The translations under genes and the position numbers were made by a program. Below the pieces are notes generated by a model. That model worked only from the letters and a program-made list of their open reading frames with translations, was not told the origin of the DNA and did not search any database. 64,000 nt of DNA from Octopus sinensis. Lineage: Eukaryota. Shown here one piece after another: positions 37,912 to 51,119 of this stretch. Every line of letters begins with the position of its first letter. Position 1 is the stretch's first letter. The stretch lies in contig NC_042997.1 of NCBI RefSeq assembly GCF_006345805.1, forward strand, positions 142,600,001 through 142,664,000. The letters run 5' to 3'.

Positions 37912-39970
37912 TACATATATATATATACACACACGCATGTGTATGTGTGTGTCCTCTCCACATGACAACCAGTGTTGGTTTGTTTATGTTCCTGTAACTT
38001 AGTGGTTTGACAAAAGGAACCTACAGACTGAGTACTAGACTCAGAAAAATAAATACTGGGGTTCAATTTTTTTTCAACTAAACCCTTCAGAGACAGTGCC
38101 CCAGCATGGCCACAGTTCGTTGACTGAAACAATTAAAGAGATAAGCACATGATCTCTTTTACCATTTGCTTTTCCCCCAAGTTGATTTAGTTTACATTAA
38201 CCTCAACATGATTGCATCTCTTAGCAGGGCTAGATGCACAAATATGTTTTATTATAGCTTCCTCATGGGATTATGAACAGCTAAAGCAGCTCATGCAATT
38301 GATTGTCCTTTATATGTCAACTTCAGTGACTGGGGGAAAAGTGGCAGTGGTGGTTGTGGTAGTGTTGGCAGTGGCGCCGTGTGTGTGTGTGATAAAGGAT
38401 ATAGAAATATCAACATTCCTGTCAGGAATGCTGCAGAAGCAAAATAAGTAATGTGTGTTGTTTGTTATTACTAATATCAGATGTGATCTGTCATAATATC
38501 TTATAATGTGAGGTGTGTAGTGAGAAATAGTAATCGTATGATTATGGTTCTTGACAGTGATTGATTTATTCTTGTTGAACTTCATGGCTACATCGGTCTT
38601 TGTTGCACTTCCGTCGTTGGTAACCACTGATAAAGACAACAAAGGCTAACTACTTTTACAATTTAAACTTAGTGCTGGTGTCATTCTTCAGTCCAAGGCC
38701 AGCTTTGATTGAGTAACTGTAGGATCAATGTGATTCCAACCATGACTATCTTGTCGAGGCTTCCTCATCAGTTCAAACTTTGTACTATAAGTACATTTTA
38801 TGTAAGGACAACAGCTGGTGCAACAATTTTGCATCAAGTAAAATTCAGAGAAAATTTTTAATTTGAGGTAGAATTTTTGCAGCTGGATGCACATCCTGCC
38901 ATCAACTTTATCTGTTTTTCAAGTTATAGATTTTCATTCCAGACCAATCAGTTCTTGAATAGGTTAAATATAATTTTCCAACCAATTACGTGTTTGTTCT
39001 CTATACTTCTGCTCTTATTGTTATACTTTTTGGTTCATATTTTTGCTGGTTGTAAGAACTAAAGGTGTCATAAGATGGTCCCAGTTTGGGTCACCGGCTA
39101 ACAAGCTAAAGTAACAGAGATCACATTGAACCTACCCTGATTCCAAATATGCGCTATTTGTGAGTGTTGATTCCAGTGGGAGCTGATTCTACAAGCCAAG
39201 AAGGCATGCAGACACACACATTTATTGATATATCATAGATAAATCTGCAAGTGCAGTGTTAGTGGACAATTTGTTTGCAAGATATGTTCACAAACTTCAC
39301 CAACTGCAGCCCAAGTTTTCTAAATGTTCACACAGACATGCACACACACACACACATGTGAGGGGATTCTTTCAGCTTCCATTTATCAAATTCCCTCACA
39401 AGGCATTAGTAGGCCTAGGGTTATAATAGAAGACACTTGCCCAAGGTGTCATGCAGTGGGTTAAAACTCAAAGCTATGTGACTGACAAGTAAACTTCTTA
39501 AGCACACAGCCAACAGAAAGGGCATCAAACTGTAGAAAATCTACCTCAGTGAATTCCATCCAGCCCATGTTTGCATGGAAAAGTGGTTGTTGAAATAATG
39601 ATGATGATGATAATAGCCATGCCCACATCTTTGTGTCACCGTTTTTTTAATTACATATATGAGTGTCATTGTTGTTTTCTACATTAGCAATGGTAGCTTG
39701 AGGTTTTCTTAACAGGTATTAAGGATTGTAAAAGGACTGAAGGAATTTTTCTTCAATTTTAAATCATCAGAATGAATAAATCTTTTTTACTGTAGTAACT
39801 TTTGTTTACTTGTGTTGAGAAATTATGCAAATGTAAATCAAATTTGTATTTCTTTTTCCATTATTCCAATAAAATTTTTAAAGATTTTTTTTTTTACACT
39901 TTGTCAATTTTCTCACAAAACTCATTTAAGCATACCAGTCTACATCATTTAGTTTACTTACTAGTATATA

Positions 39971-41241
39971 TTGGGTCAATCCATAAATAATGCGTTTTTT
40001 TTTTTACTTCTTTTATCTTTCAAAATTAAGATACAGTTCTTTTTTACTCTAAAATATACTCTCCTTCATTTTCTACTATGCTCTACCATCTATCTGGTAG
40101 ACTTGCAAGGCCTCTCTCCCAAAATTCACTTGTCCATGATGAAAAATACTCCTCCAGTATTGTTCTGACCTCATCTACAGAATTCATTTGATTTTGAAGA
40201 CTGTGTAATAAATGATAATCAGATGGGGCAATGTCCAGCGAATATGGTGGGTGGGACATCATTTCCCATTCAAACTGCTCCAGCCTTTGGAACGTCATCC
40301 TTGCTGTATGTGGCCAAGCATTATCCTGATGGAAGAACACCTTTCGTCTTGAAACCAAAGATGGTCGTTTTTCTTCTAGCACTGACTTAAACCACTCAAG
40401 CTGCCCACAGTAGATATCCTTTTTTATTGTTTGGTTTGGGTTTAAAAGTTCAAAATGGACTAAACCTTTCACATCCCACCAAACAGATAACAGCACCTTA
40501 CATGGGTGAAGACCTTCTTTAGCCTATGGTGCTAGTGTTTCTCCTTTTCCTACCAACTGTCTCTAGCACTTGACATTTCTATAGAGAACCCATTTCTTGT
40601 CACCAGTCATTATTCAGTCCAAAAAAAGGTTCATTCGTGAGATGTGACAGCAAAGAAGAGCACACATTCACTCTCTGTGCACAATTAGACTCAGAAAATT
40701 TGTGAGAAACCCATTGACCCAATTTGCTGACTTTTCTGCTGACACGCAGATGTCAATGAATGACTGGATGACCAAATCCAAGCTTCTCTGCTAGTTCCTC
40801 AACAGTTACAATAGGATTTTGTGCCACCAGAATTTGCAGACATCCTCATTGAGCTCTATAGATCTTCTAGGATGAAGTTCGTTTTCTAGGCTGTAATTTC
40901 CAGCTCAGAATTTTTGGAACAACCATCGACACTGGCTTACACTTATTGTTCGATCCCCATATACTGCATTAATATTGCTCACACTTTCTGTTGCATTGTT
41001 GCCTCTATTGAGCTTATAAAGCAAAATATGCCGAAAATGCTCCTTTGTCACTTCCATTACAGCTTTGAAAAAATAACTGCTAAAATTGAACGGCATTCTT
41101 CAAAACTTGCACTAAGAATAAGCACAAGGTAAAATTACTACCTGCTTCTATAGTAAGTTGATGCAGGTAGTTTATCCCATACCCCTCTGACTTTTAGTTC
41201 ACACAGTTGAAAAAACCTGTATCATTTATGGGATGACCCAA
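39971..41241 (-). mobile_element. Full-length decayed mariner (DD34D-type) DNA transposon, about 1.27 kb
   Basis: TA on both flanks. Terminal inverted repeats: ttgggtcaatccataaataatgcg vs reverse complement of right end ttgggtcatcccataaatgatacagg. Internal transposase remnants and canonical mariner length. Confidence 0.95.
40044..41057 (-). pseudogene. Mariner transposase pseudogene (stops and frameshifts)
   Basis: Minus strand reads MEVTKEHFRHILLY...(HTH), QWVSHKF (WVPHEL-like), MTGDKKWVLY (TGDEKW), LLSVWWDVKG, FHQDNAWPH, HPPYSLDIAPSDYHL (YSPDLAPSD), ending DRW*SIVENEGEYILE*. Confidence 0.93.
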
Positions 41242-41577
41242 TACATACATACATGCATGGTGAACTCTCTTGACAAAGGCAATGTATGAGCATTCAACAT
41301 TTTACTGAACGACCCACACAAGTGATCGGTTTATAGTGATCAAATGTTCATGCTGTACATTTTGCTCACTCTCTCCATCAAATCAACGTCATCTGAATAG
41401 GTGCAATGTGTAGATCACAGAGCAACATGAGATGAAATGTTTTGCTCAAGAACATAATTCACCACCCAGTCTAGGAAATGAAATCACAATCTTGAAATCG
41501 CGAGTGCACCCTCTTATATGAGTGTGTGTGTGTGTGTAATGGAATAATTACTGTGAAGCATTGTGTAGAATATATTA

Positions 41578-41843
41578 TATAAAAGATCGTGGGTAAGGCC
41601 AAAACAATGCAAAGTAAATGCAAGGTAAATCACAAGAAAACAAATATGTGAATTAATGTAGACTTACCTTGTAATCAATATTTCGGGGTTATGACCCCAT
41701 TTTCAAGAAATTCATCAAGTTCTTGAAAATGGGGTCATAACCCCGAAATATTGAATTCAAGGTAAGTCTACATTAATTAACATATTTGTTTTCTTGTGAT
41801 TTACCTTTTTGCATTGTTTTGGCCTTACCCACCATCTTTTATA
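41578..41843. mobile_element. Palindromic PLE-like pseudo-LTR pair with hammerhead-like core
   Basis: Inverted arms 41578-41709 and 41720-41843 with a 10-nt loop. The centre reads TTGAAAA-T-GGGGT CATA ACCCC-GAAA-TATT-G. Confidence 0.65.
41718..41757 (+). ncRNA. Atypical minimal hammerhead-like motif
   Basis: AGTTC-TTGAAAA-TGGGGTCATAACCCC-GAAA-TATT-GAATT. Perfect 5-bp stem II, palindromic AATATT in place of AACGTT, stem I AGTTC/GAATT. Core diverges from CUGANGA. Confidence 0.45.
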
Positions 41844-42570
41844 CATTATATATATGCATTTAACTAGCAATTTCTATACCAAATAGTTGCTTCATCAGTA
41901 TTGGACTGGTGATAATGAAGAATTAATTAATTAATTAACAAATCATTTAAAATAAATCAAGCTCAGTAGTTGATAGCTCTGAGTTTGAAACCTGTTATTG
42001 TTAATTCAATTTCTCCTGTACCTGCTAAGATAACTGGGTTAAAGTTATCCATGTTAAAACTGTTTATCAATTCCATCTTTTTACCTTCTCTATCAGTTTG
42101 TCTCTTTTCAAAATCTCTTGTCTCCTTTCAAAGGTTCTAGTCATTTAGGAATTATTAACTAGATATATATCAGTGAGTATTTATAAGACATCAAAATACC
42201 TGTATCATGATATGTTTCAGGAATGCATTATTAGATCAGAATCATCTTGGTTTCACTTTCACTGGTGAATTATTTATTGCTAAACTCACTTTTCAATTCC
42301 TAACATCTGTTTAGTGATGGAAAAGTTGTTAACAACATAAGAATACTGCAAGATGGTATCAGGTGACATAGTTGTGATTTTTTTAAAGATATTAAAACTT
42401 CCTTGTTTGAATGCTGCTGAAAGCAACTTAGTGAAAATAGTAGTTTGTTTTGCAAAATTCCATTTTTTTTTTTTGTCTTTTTAAACAAATCTTTTTTATG
42501 TTTGTATTTCTAACAGAATACACCATTAATGTTAATTTTTGAAATAATCAAAAGTTTTGAGAGAATTTCA

Positions 42571-42777
42571 CCTTTTAGCATTCCGACTGGCCATATCCGG
42601 CCAAAATATTCTACCTGTTTTATGTTCAAACTGACCAGATCTGACCTTTGCCATCTAACCTTAAAATAAACAAGCACATCATCAAAATCTCAAAGCTTAG
42701 AGATAATGAATGATTGATTCAAAACAATGTGAATAAATGAGCCTTAAATTAGACAGAGTAATCTGAATACTAAAGGT
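42571..42777. mobile_element. MITE family E nested in a family D remnant
   Basis: ccttttagcattc ... aatactaaaggt-TTAA. The flanks (gaattt / taaaataacttctccattatt) match family D. Confidence 0.7.
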
Positions 42778-43079
42778 TTAATAAAATAACTTCTCCATTA
42801 TTAACTCCTTAATTTCCTGTATGACATGAATCTTCCTGACAGCATATGTGTCTTTCAGTTTTGTACCATCTGAAACTAGACTCATGTTTATATTCATTTT
42901 AAAATATGTTATGAACTCTCTAATTTAAGTGTGAAAACTTTAATCTCTTCCGCTCTTATTTATTTACATTCTGTAATGTTTTCTATTAAAATCAAGGCAC
43001 ATAATGCTTAATTTTTGCAGTTTATTTTTCTGTGTTTATTTTGTGCAAACCTGGTTATGCTATGTTTAAAGGGGGTAAT

Positions 43080-43355
43080 AATGGGAAACTATCACCTGTG
43101 TCATCTCTTGTGAAAGGTAGGAGAGTCCAGTTTGCTGGACATTGTTGTAGAGCTGAAAAATAGGTAATTTCTACTCTTCTCCTCTGGAAGCCATCTACTC
43201 GCAATACCAGAGGGCGCACACTCTCCTACCCTGATGTAATCTCTAGGGATACAGGCATCCAGCAACAGGACCTCCGTAATGCCATGATGGACCATGAAGT
43301 CTGGCATAGCATGGTAAATTCCATTGTCTCGACCACAGTCGAACAATGATGATGA
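43080..43355 (+). mobile_element. RTE/RTEX-clade LINE 3' fragment
   Basis: GKLSPVSSLVKGRRVQFAGHCCRAEK*VISTLLLWKP..RGRTLSYPDVISRDTG..LRNAMMDHEVW, followed by a (TGA)n tail. Confidence 0.85.
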
Positions 43356-43760
43356 ATAATGAAAAAGGTGCAAAAAGGACATGGGAATTTTTTTTTAAGC
43401 CTGTGATGTTTGTGTATTCAAGACTGTTATTAATTGCATTTAATTCATTAGTAACTTGTTTCTTTTCTCTTTTTATAGTACATCTATTATTAATTATTAT
43501 TATTTAATTCACAAACATACATGCAAAACATTATTTTTAACACAAAGAAAGACATTAGTCTTTTGTGCAAAACGGCCAATTTTCCCAATAACCTTAGTAG
43601 GGTTATGACATTGTGACATTTAACCAAAAATGTCCATTTTTAGGTATTTTCTGTCCACTCTTTACTAGATTGAGCTTTTGATTTTGAAAATTTTCAGCAG
43701 AATGTTAAAAATTAAGTTGGTGCTTGGAGCATAACTTAACAAAATATTCTTACACATAAT

Positions 43761-43924
43761 AGGTGCAGGTGTGGCTGTGTGGTAAGTAGCTTGCTTACCA
43801 ACCACATGGTTCCAGTTTCAGTCCCACTGCATGGCACCTTGGGCAAGTGTCTTATACTATAGCCTCGGGCCGACCAAAGCCTTGTGAATGGATTTGGTAG
43901 ACGGAAACTGAAAGAAGTTCGTCG

Positions 43925-43961
<37 letters not shown>

Positions 43962-44130
43962 ATGTTTGTGTGTGAGTGTGTTTGTCTCCGATGCTGGTGT
44001 GTTTACGTCCCCATCACTTAGCGGTTCAGCAAGAGAGACCGATAGAATAAATACTAGGCTTACAAAGAATAAGTCCTCGGGTCGATTTGGTTGACTAAAG
44101 GTGGTGACTGAAACAAGTAAAAGAATAAGA
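43761..44130 (+). mobile_element. tRNA-derived CORE-like SINE, family B (reference copy)
   Basis: Head ggtgtggctgtgtggtaag..ttcagtccc, CORE-like ccttgggcaagt, internal (TA)/(TG) microsatellite, tail gactgaaacaagtaaaagaata. Confidence 0.85.
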
Positions 44131-44400
44131 ATAAAAAAAAGAATAATTATAATAGAATATTTAAATTTAAATAAAAACGCATTAAAATGGTTTTGTTTCA
44201 TAAAACTAAGGGTTTTTTTCAGCTGGGTCACACTCTTCCTCTTTCTATAGGCATGAAAAATTATTATAAAATAACACTTTCTCTTTTATATATTTCATTA
44301 GTAAAACATATGATATTTAATTATCACTTTCATTTTATAAATCATAAAATTTCAAAAATTCTATATATTCCTTATGTTATTTTTGTTTTACTATCTGCAG

Positions 44401-44466
44401 GTAACGTAAAGAAATTTTACCACTATGCCAAAGAAACGCCAAGGCAAGGTAACAAACAAGGAAGCT
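44401..44466 (+). CDS. Candidate 66-nt exon of an unidentified host gene
   Basis: Acceptor ttttgttttactatctgcag| and donor |gtaagt. Open as a symmetric phase-1 exon (GNVKKFYHYAKETPRQGNKQGS) or as a start exon (MPKKRQGKVTNKEA). No homolog recognised. Confidence 0.3.
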
Positions 44467-45904
44467 GTAAGTGTTCTAAACTGTGCTTTTTATTTTCATT
44501 TTTGTTGTTCTAGTTTCATGTTAAATGGAAATAGATTGTTGTATTGTAAGAAATTAATATTTTCAACTGCTGCTTCATTACAATTTGATAATTTTTTTTC
44601 TTTTTATAAAGTTGTTATGAAAGGATTTTAATATTACTATGTATGCATGTGTATATGTATATATATATAATATTTTTAATTGCACAAGAATGTGTGTATA
44701 TCTGGGTCTTTATACATGTGTGCATGTATACGGATGTATATATTGTACAGCAAATTTAAGAACTTCATTTGCCTGCCAAACTTATATCTGTCCATCAAAT
44801 AAATATATGACAATTTTATTTATGAACCTCCAATTTATATTCAAATGTTGCTTTTAGCCATTTTTAACTTTCTCACATTCTGATTTTTAAAAGTAAAGAA
44901 TTTATGTTTAATTAGATTTCTGTGAAATTGTTCTAAAATGTTAGAAAAACACTTGAAAAGAATTGTATAGCATCTTATTCAAGTCACAGAGTTTACTGGC
45001 TCTGCTGTACATTCCATTATAAAAGATAAAGAACAAGTGTTGGCATCAAGGTCTAAGAATTAATTTCTTTTATTTTAGTGATTTACAGCAATTGAAATTT
45101 GATGTGTAAATGCCTCATAGGCAAGTCTTGATCTGATCCCTATTGTGTGATTTTGCAAGGGAGTTAAAAGCCAAATAAGAGAGTTGTGAGAATTCTCTCT
45201 TGTCAAGTACTCCTTATATAACATATATCTTCATAAAATGTAGTTTCTATAATTTAAAGTTGTTAGGAGTTTAATGATGTGACCAGGACAAGTAAGTGTG
45301 ATGGGGCAGGGTGCTTACAGACTATCATATACATATTTGTAAGATGGTAGAAATGTTTGTTTTCCTTTTAGAGGAAAAGGAGTTGTCCTTCAAGAGTCTC
45401 CACAGTCAGTATGTCAAATAAGGTACTCTGATTGTTAAATGTGTATTGGGTTTGTTTAATGTGATGGTAATTACACCATTAGGAACCTTTTGTTGTCTAT
45501 AGTATTTACGACTAGGGGCATGTAGATGTTATGTTGCTTGGGCTCCAGATTTGGGTACATTGGTAATAAAGGTAGTACTTTTATATTTCTGCTACAGCAA
45601 GTTCTGATCATATTTTGTTGGCATTGTAAGGGCCAGTCTTGTAAGAAACATCATGTTAGATCTGTAACATTCTTAGGCATCATGTTGATAACTTGTGTTT
45701 CATGGCTGATAAGGTGTAGCATTGAAGCAGTGCAGGGCAAATTGATAATCTGACATATCTCTTCAGCTCCTATGAAAATTTTGTTGGACCATATAGATCC
45801 TTCATTCCTGAGGATTCAAGGTGAATTTTCAGCTGGTTGAAAAATAATTGAAAATATTGTAATGCATACTAGGAGTCATTATTATTGTTTATTAGTTTGG
45901 TATG

Positions 45905-45986
45905 AAATGTTCTGAGACTGTCTTCTTCAGGTGTGCAATAACACAAAATGCTCTGAGATTGTCTTCTTCAAGTGTGTAATAACGCA
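45905..45986. repeat. 41-bp tandem duplication
   Basis: aaatgttctgagactgtcttcttcaggtgtgcaataacaca / aaatgctctgagattgtcttcttcaagtgtgtaataacgca. Confidence 0.85.
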
Positions 45987-48900
45987 CCTGAAAATAGAAT
46001 GTGTGAGTTTTCTCACAAGGCAGAACTTGTTTTGGCTATCCTCTGCTACAGATAATGTGTTGCTACCATTAAAAACTATGAAAATTGTATGTCACAAGTG
46101 GGTGAAATTTCTGACAACATAAATAGGTCTTTACTTTCAGCAGTTTAGTGGTCTATATCTCCACCTATTCTGTTAAAACCTTAGTTATTCTGTCAAGTAG
46201 CTTGAACTTCTTTCCATGTAGATGGAGATATTGTATTTTCTTCAGTGTGTCTAGAGTACATAAGTGTACTATCCTAGTTCTTTGTACAATGGTCCCATTT
46301 GTTGTTCCAATTTCATAACAGTAATTCCCATAGTGGAGAACTGGGACATTCTAAGTATATGGAACCCTCTCACAATCATCTTTCTAGAAGCAGTAAGTTT
46401 ATATTTGTATGATTTATATTCAGGCAGCTGAAGTATTTAATGTATCCAATCCCTTTTCAGTATTATTTCTGCATGAACTCATCATCATATTGTGCCTGCA
46501 AGGTATTTACCTCTCTGGTGTCTAGATTATATCCCAATCATAATCCTATATCTGAAGAAACATTTGCCTTAACCATGATGATACATTAGAATTTTTCTTG
46601 GCTTTGTATTTCAGTACGTTTTGGTCCATTTCAATTCCTATGTAATCTATGTGGATATAAGAAGCAAATAAATAAGTTGTAGAGTATTTTATGCCCAATG
46701 TTTGAATATCTGGTCTCAATATCAGCCAGAACTTGAAAAATCTACTAGTACTTTGTCTTCAATAAAGATATCATCAGTGCTATGAAAGGAAGTATCTAGC
46801 TGTATTATACGTTTTATATTACAGACATAGAATTGTTGCAATGATTAGTTTGATTTGATTTTCTTGAATGCTTCCTGACACTCAGTATACGAACGAAATT
46901 CTGTTTTCTTTGTTTAGGTTTTAATGGGATTGTGAGTGCCATCAGTTACAGGTTAATTTGACTTAGCTGATAATCCTGAGAAATGTCTGTGGATGTTTTT
47001 ATGGGGTGGGTACCCTGTAGTTAAATCCAGCTTTTTAGAACTCAGACAGTAACAGAATAACAATAACTGGCAATACATTGTTGTATAAAACCTATCTCTC
47101 TATACATCAGGAAATATACCTTCATCAGAGGACATGTACATATATATCTAGGTTTCAGCATTACACGTGTTTCCTTGTTTATGTGGAAATAAAAATTTAA
47201 AAGAGCAACCATATTTTAAATATGTCTTTGCAACACTGCAGAAATATAGTCAAATATGGTAAGTCTATCATATCAGTGTATAGTTTCTCTATGACAATCT
47301 ATATGGACTGTTTTTCCATCATAGTAGATAATGAGTGTCCTGGGATAAAGAGAGTCTAACAAAATATGTTCTAACATAAAATCAAGATAAAGCCCAAAGG
47401 GTGGTGTGATGTAAAACATTGTTATCTTTTCTCCAGCATCTGCAAACAAACTACATCCAAATGTTAAACTATCAAACTATCAAACATGGCCGCCTGGCTA
47501 GCTAGGCCAACAAAGGTCTCCTGTGTTTGCTTTTGTTTGAAATCAATCTGCCCTAGAGACATCTCTCTAGTTTCACTGAAAATTGAAAAAAAAAGAAAAG
47601 AATGTAACAGAAATTACCTACTTATTGTCTTTCAAGATAGATGAATGCTAGCTTAATGTGTTCCAATGCTGTATGTCTGTGAGCTTGTGTGTGAGAGAGA
47701 GAGAGATATCACTTTGTTAAAAACATTAATATTAGATGATGTGTGTATAAAGTCTATTTGGTTAAATCAGTCATTGTTTGACTGATAGCTGATGTTAAAG
47801 AAGTGAAAGTGTCTAGGGACTTCCCTGGTTTAATGATTGATAAACAAAAATAATAGCAAGAGACTTCATAGCGAAATCTCATTCACATTACTAACAAGCT
47901 TCGTAGTATTTGATTTGATTTCAGTTTATGTTCAGATGTTTCCAGTCTTAGTCTTTGTATTGTATTTTTTTGTTTACTTGCTCTTAGATTATAAACCAGA
48001 ATTTATTTCTTTTCAGAGAGAAATGTTAATGTACACAGGCACATATTTATAGTGTGGACATTTTATCTTGTATATCATATATTGTTATAGCTAAAATTAA
48101 TATTCCTCTTTTTTTTTTTTTTTTGCTGATCATTTATTTTTAGAAAGATCACCTTCATTGTATTTGTAGTTGGAACTTGTCCAATTCCCATAAGAAAAGA
48201 AAGAACGAAATAATTTTCATTACCTTACTTTCACCACAAGATGTATCAGTGTTATTGAAAGCATTGATCTTTTCAACTGGAGACTCAAAATAGCATTTGG
48301 TAGAAATACCTGATTAATTAAGAATATGCTTTGAATAGATAACTTCCCCTATCACCAACCTAATTCTCTAATCATTCCTGCTTCTTTTGTCAGGCCTTAA
48401 ATTTCATTTAGTACTTTATTCGTGTGTAGAACTATTTCAATAGGAGTCAACTGGTTGATGTTAAAGAAATATTATTCATCTGTACAATTCCCATACTCTT
48501 TACCCAAATAGTATGGGGAGATTTAGATAAAGAGATTTGTCCTTGTGTCTTTTGAAAGGACCGCATTCCATTTTTCTATATGCAGCTCTTTATAAAAATT
48601 GCTAAAAATTCATTAGCAATTTTAATTTTATCATGAAACAAATTTAGTGCAGGACCATGGCAGTGAGAGGTTTTATTTTTATATTCTATTTACTCTACAG
48701 ACATAGAAACATTTTTTTCTCTCATAATTGCTTAGAAATTGTACTGTGTATGATATTATTTAGGGTAGTGGAAAATAGCACAAAAATTTATCTTTAAAAT
48801 ATTTTAGAAATTTTAGTTTCCTTCTTGACCTAATCTTAGATAATTTTTTATCCTGGTGAAAACATAATATTAAACACACTAAGCTACAAAGTATGATGGA

Positions 48901-49251
48901 GTGACTAATTACAATGACATCAGTCCTTATAATGATGCTCTTTAATATAGGGCATGACAATGTTTCAGTTACTATTCTCTGCAGCTGCCTTCAGAGAGTG
49001 ACTCTGAACTGGTCATGGAATTGAGCCTGAAACCTTTATTTGCCTACTGAATATGTTGTTTCTACTGATCTGCTGTCCTGTCCTAGGATGCAGTATTGTT
49101 ATTTGAGATACTTAAGCATTAGCCCTGTTTTATCAGATTTAAACTAAATGGTAATTGCCTGTACTTGCATGTCAACCTTTATGACGAGGAAAACCATCCA
49201 AAGACAAACATTAGCATAAACAACTCATTTTAATAATGTCATGTGGTTATT

Positions 49252-49420
49252 CACTGTGCTAGAAATAACAGCTATATCTTGTTAACACTACACCTCCATT
49301 TTGAAATCAGGGCACTAAATAATATAATCCTAGATAACCCTAAAAAAAGACAGACAAGTTCTAGAAAGAATGCTTTCCATCATAGTTCTTCTACTCAGTA
49401 AGAGCTGATCACCAACAATT
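49252..49420 (+). mobile_element. Old, highly diverged SINE-like repeat with (AAC) tail
   Basis: Loose similarity to 6135-6292, 49925-50110 (-), 54690-54830 and 58320-58505. Confidence 0.4.
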
Positions 49421-50454
49421 TATCACTCTTTTTCTTCATTATCATTTAACCTCCATATTCCGTGTTGGCATGGGTTGGATGGTTTAATAGGATCCAGTAG
49501 GTCCAAGAATTGCTTCATGCTCCGGTGTCTGCTTTGGCATGGTTTCTACAGCTGGATACCCTTCCTAACGTCAACCACTTTACAGTGTGTCCTGGACATG
49601 TTTTTACATGCTACCTAAATTCATCTGGAAAAATATGTACAGACAATATATATTGATCAGTATATATTTAATATAGCAAAAGGATAAGGAGACAAAAACT
49701 AATGCTTAAGAACCTTAAACTGCAAAAACTATTGGCCCCTTACAAAAATGCTTGTGATTAGAACAGCAGACCAAGTAGTTCAATAAAAGTTGCAGTTTTA
49801 ATTCCTGGTCTTCGAAACTAAAGGCAATGGAAGAACGTCTACAATATGAACATTAAACTGTGTTTGTATATTAGACTTTGTTAGTATTTGTACATTGGGT
49901 AAGAGTTTGCATTTGTACTATTTTTGTCATTGTTCAACTCCCAGTCAGCTCTGATTGAGCAGACCTACAGCCTATAGCATTCCTACTGTGACTATGCTGT
50001 CTTTTAGGAGTGTCCAAGAATTACATTATCCAAAGTGTCTTTTCCTTTCTTGAGATGACTGCATATGGTTTAAGGGAGATTTAACTGCTGTTTCCAGTAA
50101 ATCAACCAACTGCTTAGATTGATTAATGTAGAATTGAATTGTATTTTTATAGTACAGCTTTGATTTTAGGATTCCAAAATTCTGTTGCTGTGTAAATGTT
50201 GAGTATTTGATAGTGTTTAGTTTTGAGTGTAAGCTCAAAGTTATATATAATTAATAAGGTTTATGACTTTTCAGATATTGACTGCAGCTTACCTTCATTT
50301 TATTACATGCTCTATTTCATAAAGGGAACATATTTATTTTTCTTTCTTTTTTTGGATTTTGAGTATTGGCTGAATTGTTGGCTACATTTTTATTGGAATT
50401 TTTACCATTTTTTACACTATCTTCAATAGGCCATACTTCCTAGCTATTGTATCT

Positions 50455-50835
50455 CTTATGTTTCTCTTGTTTCAATCGTTGGACTGCAGCCATGATGAAA
50501 CACTACCTTGAAGGGTTTTTGGTCAAATAGATTAATCCTTGTACTTATTTTATTTTTTTTTGTGGTTAGATATTTATTCTATTGGTCTCTTTACCAAACT
50601 ACTAAGTTATGAGGGACACAAACCAACTCAAGTTATCAAGTGATGGAATGGGGTGACAAAGACACATGCACACTGTACATGAAAGGCTTCAACACTGTTT
50701 CCATCTCCCAAATTCACTCATAAGGCATTGGTCTGCCTGACCTATACTAGAAGACACTTGCCCAAGGTGCCATGAAGTTGGATTGAACCTGAAACCATGT
50801 GGTTGCCAAGTGGCCTTAACCATACAGTCATGCTT
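50455..50835 (-). mobile_element. SINE family B
   Basis: gaagacacttgcccaaggtgccatg..gaacctgaaaccatgtggttg. Confidence 0.75.
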
Positions 50836-51119
50836 TTTCTTTTTTGTTCTAAGTTTTAGAGAACAAAGAACGCAAATAAAAGTTTTTCATTTCCTGGCTT
50901 TCCCACCTACAGACTTGTATTCAAGCATTCTTGTATGTTTAGTAACTAGTTGAACAGGATATGATTGTTAAGTAAGGTAAAACTGTGACCAACAGTAGCT
51001 GAAGAAGTTTACACAAGGTCAACTGATTGTGTAGTTATTGTTTAGCTCCATCCAGTCCTGATTATGCAAATCTAAAATCTTTGTTCCTGCCATGATATGT
51101 CTACGTTTATCTTTTATCT

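Noticed and set aside
38328-38448. Peptide containing CVCDKGY (EGF-like)
   Set aside because: The cysteines come from a (GT)n run, the remaining EGF cysteines are missing and the frame ends in a stop.
47011-47035. miR-10/993-like start (taccctgtag)
   Set aside because: Only the first 10-12 nt match, with no complementary star arm.
47482-47495. YY1-like promoter motif (aaacatggccgcc)
   Set aside because: Isolated motif with no CpG-rich promoter context or downstream exon.
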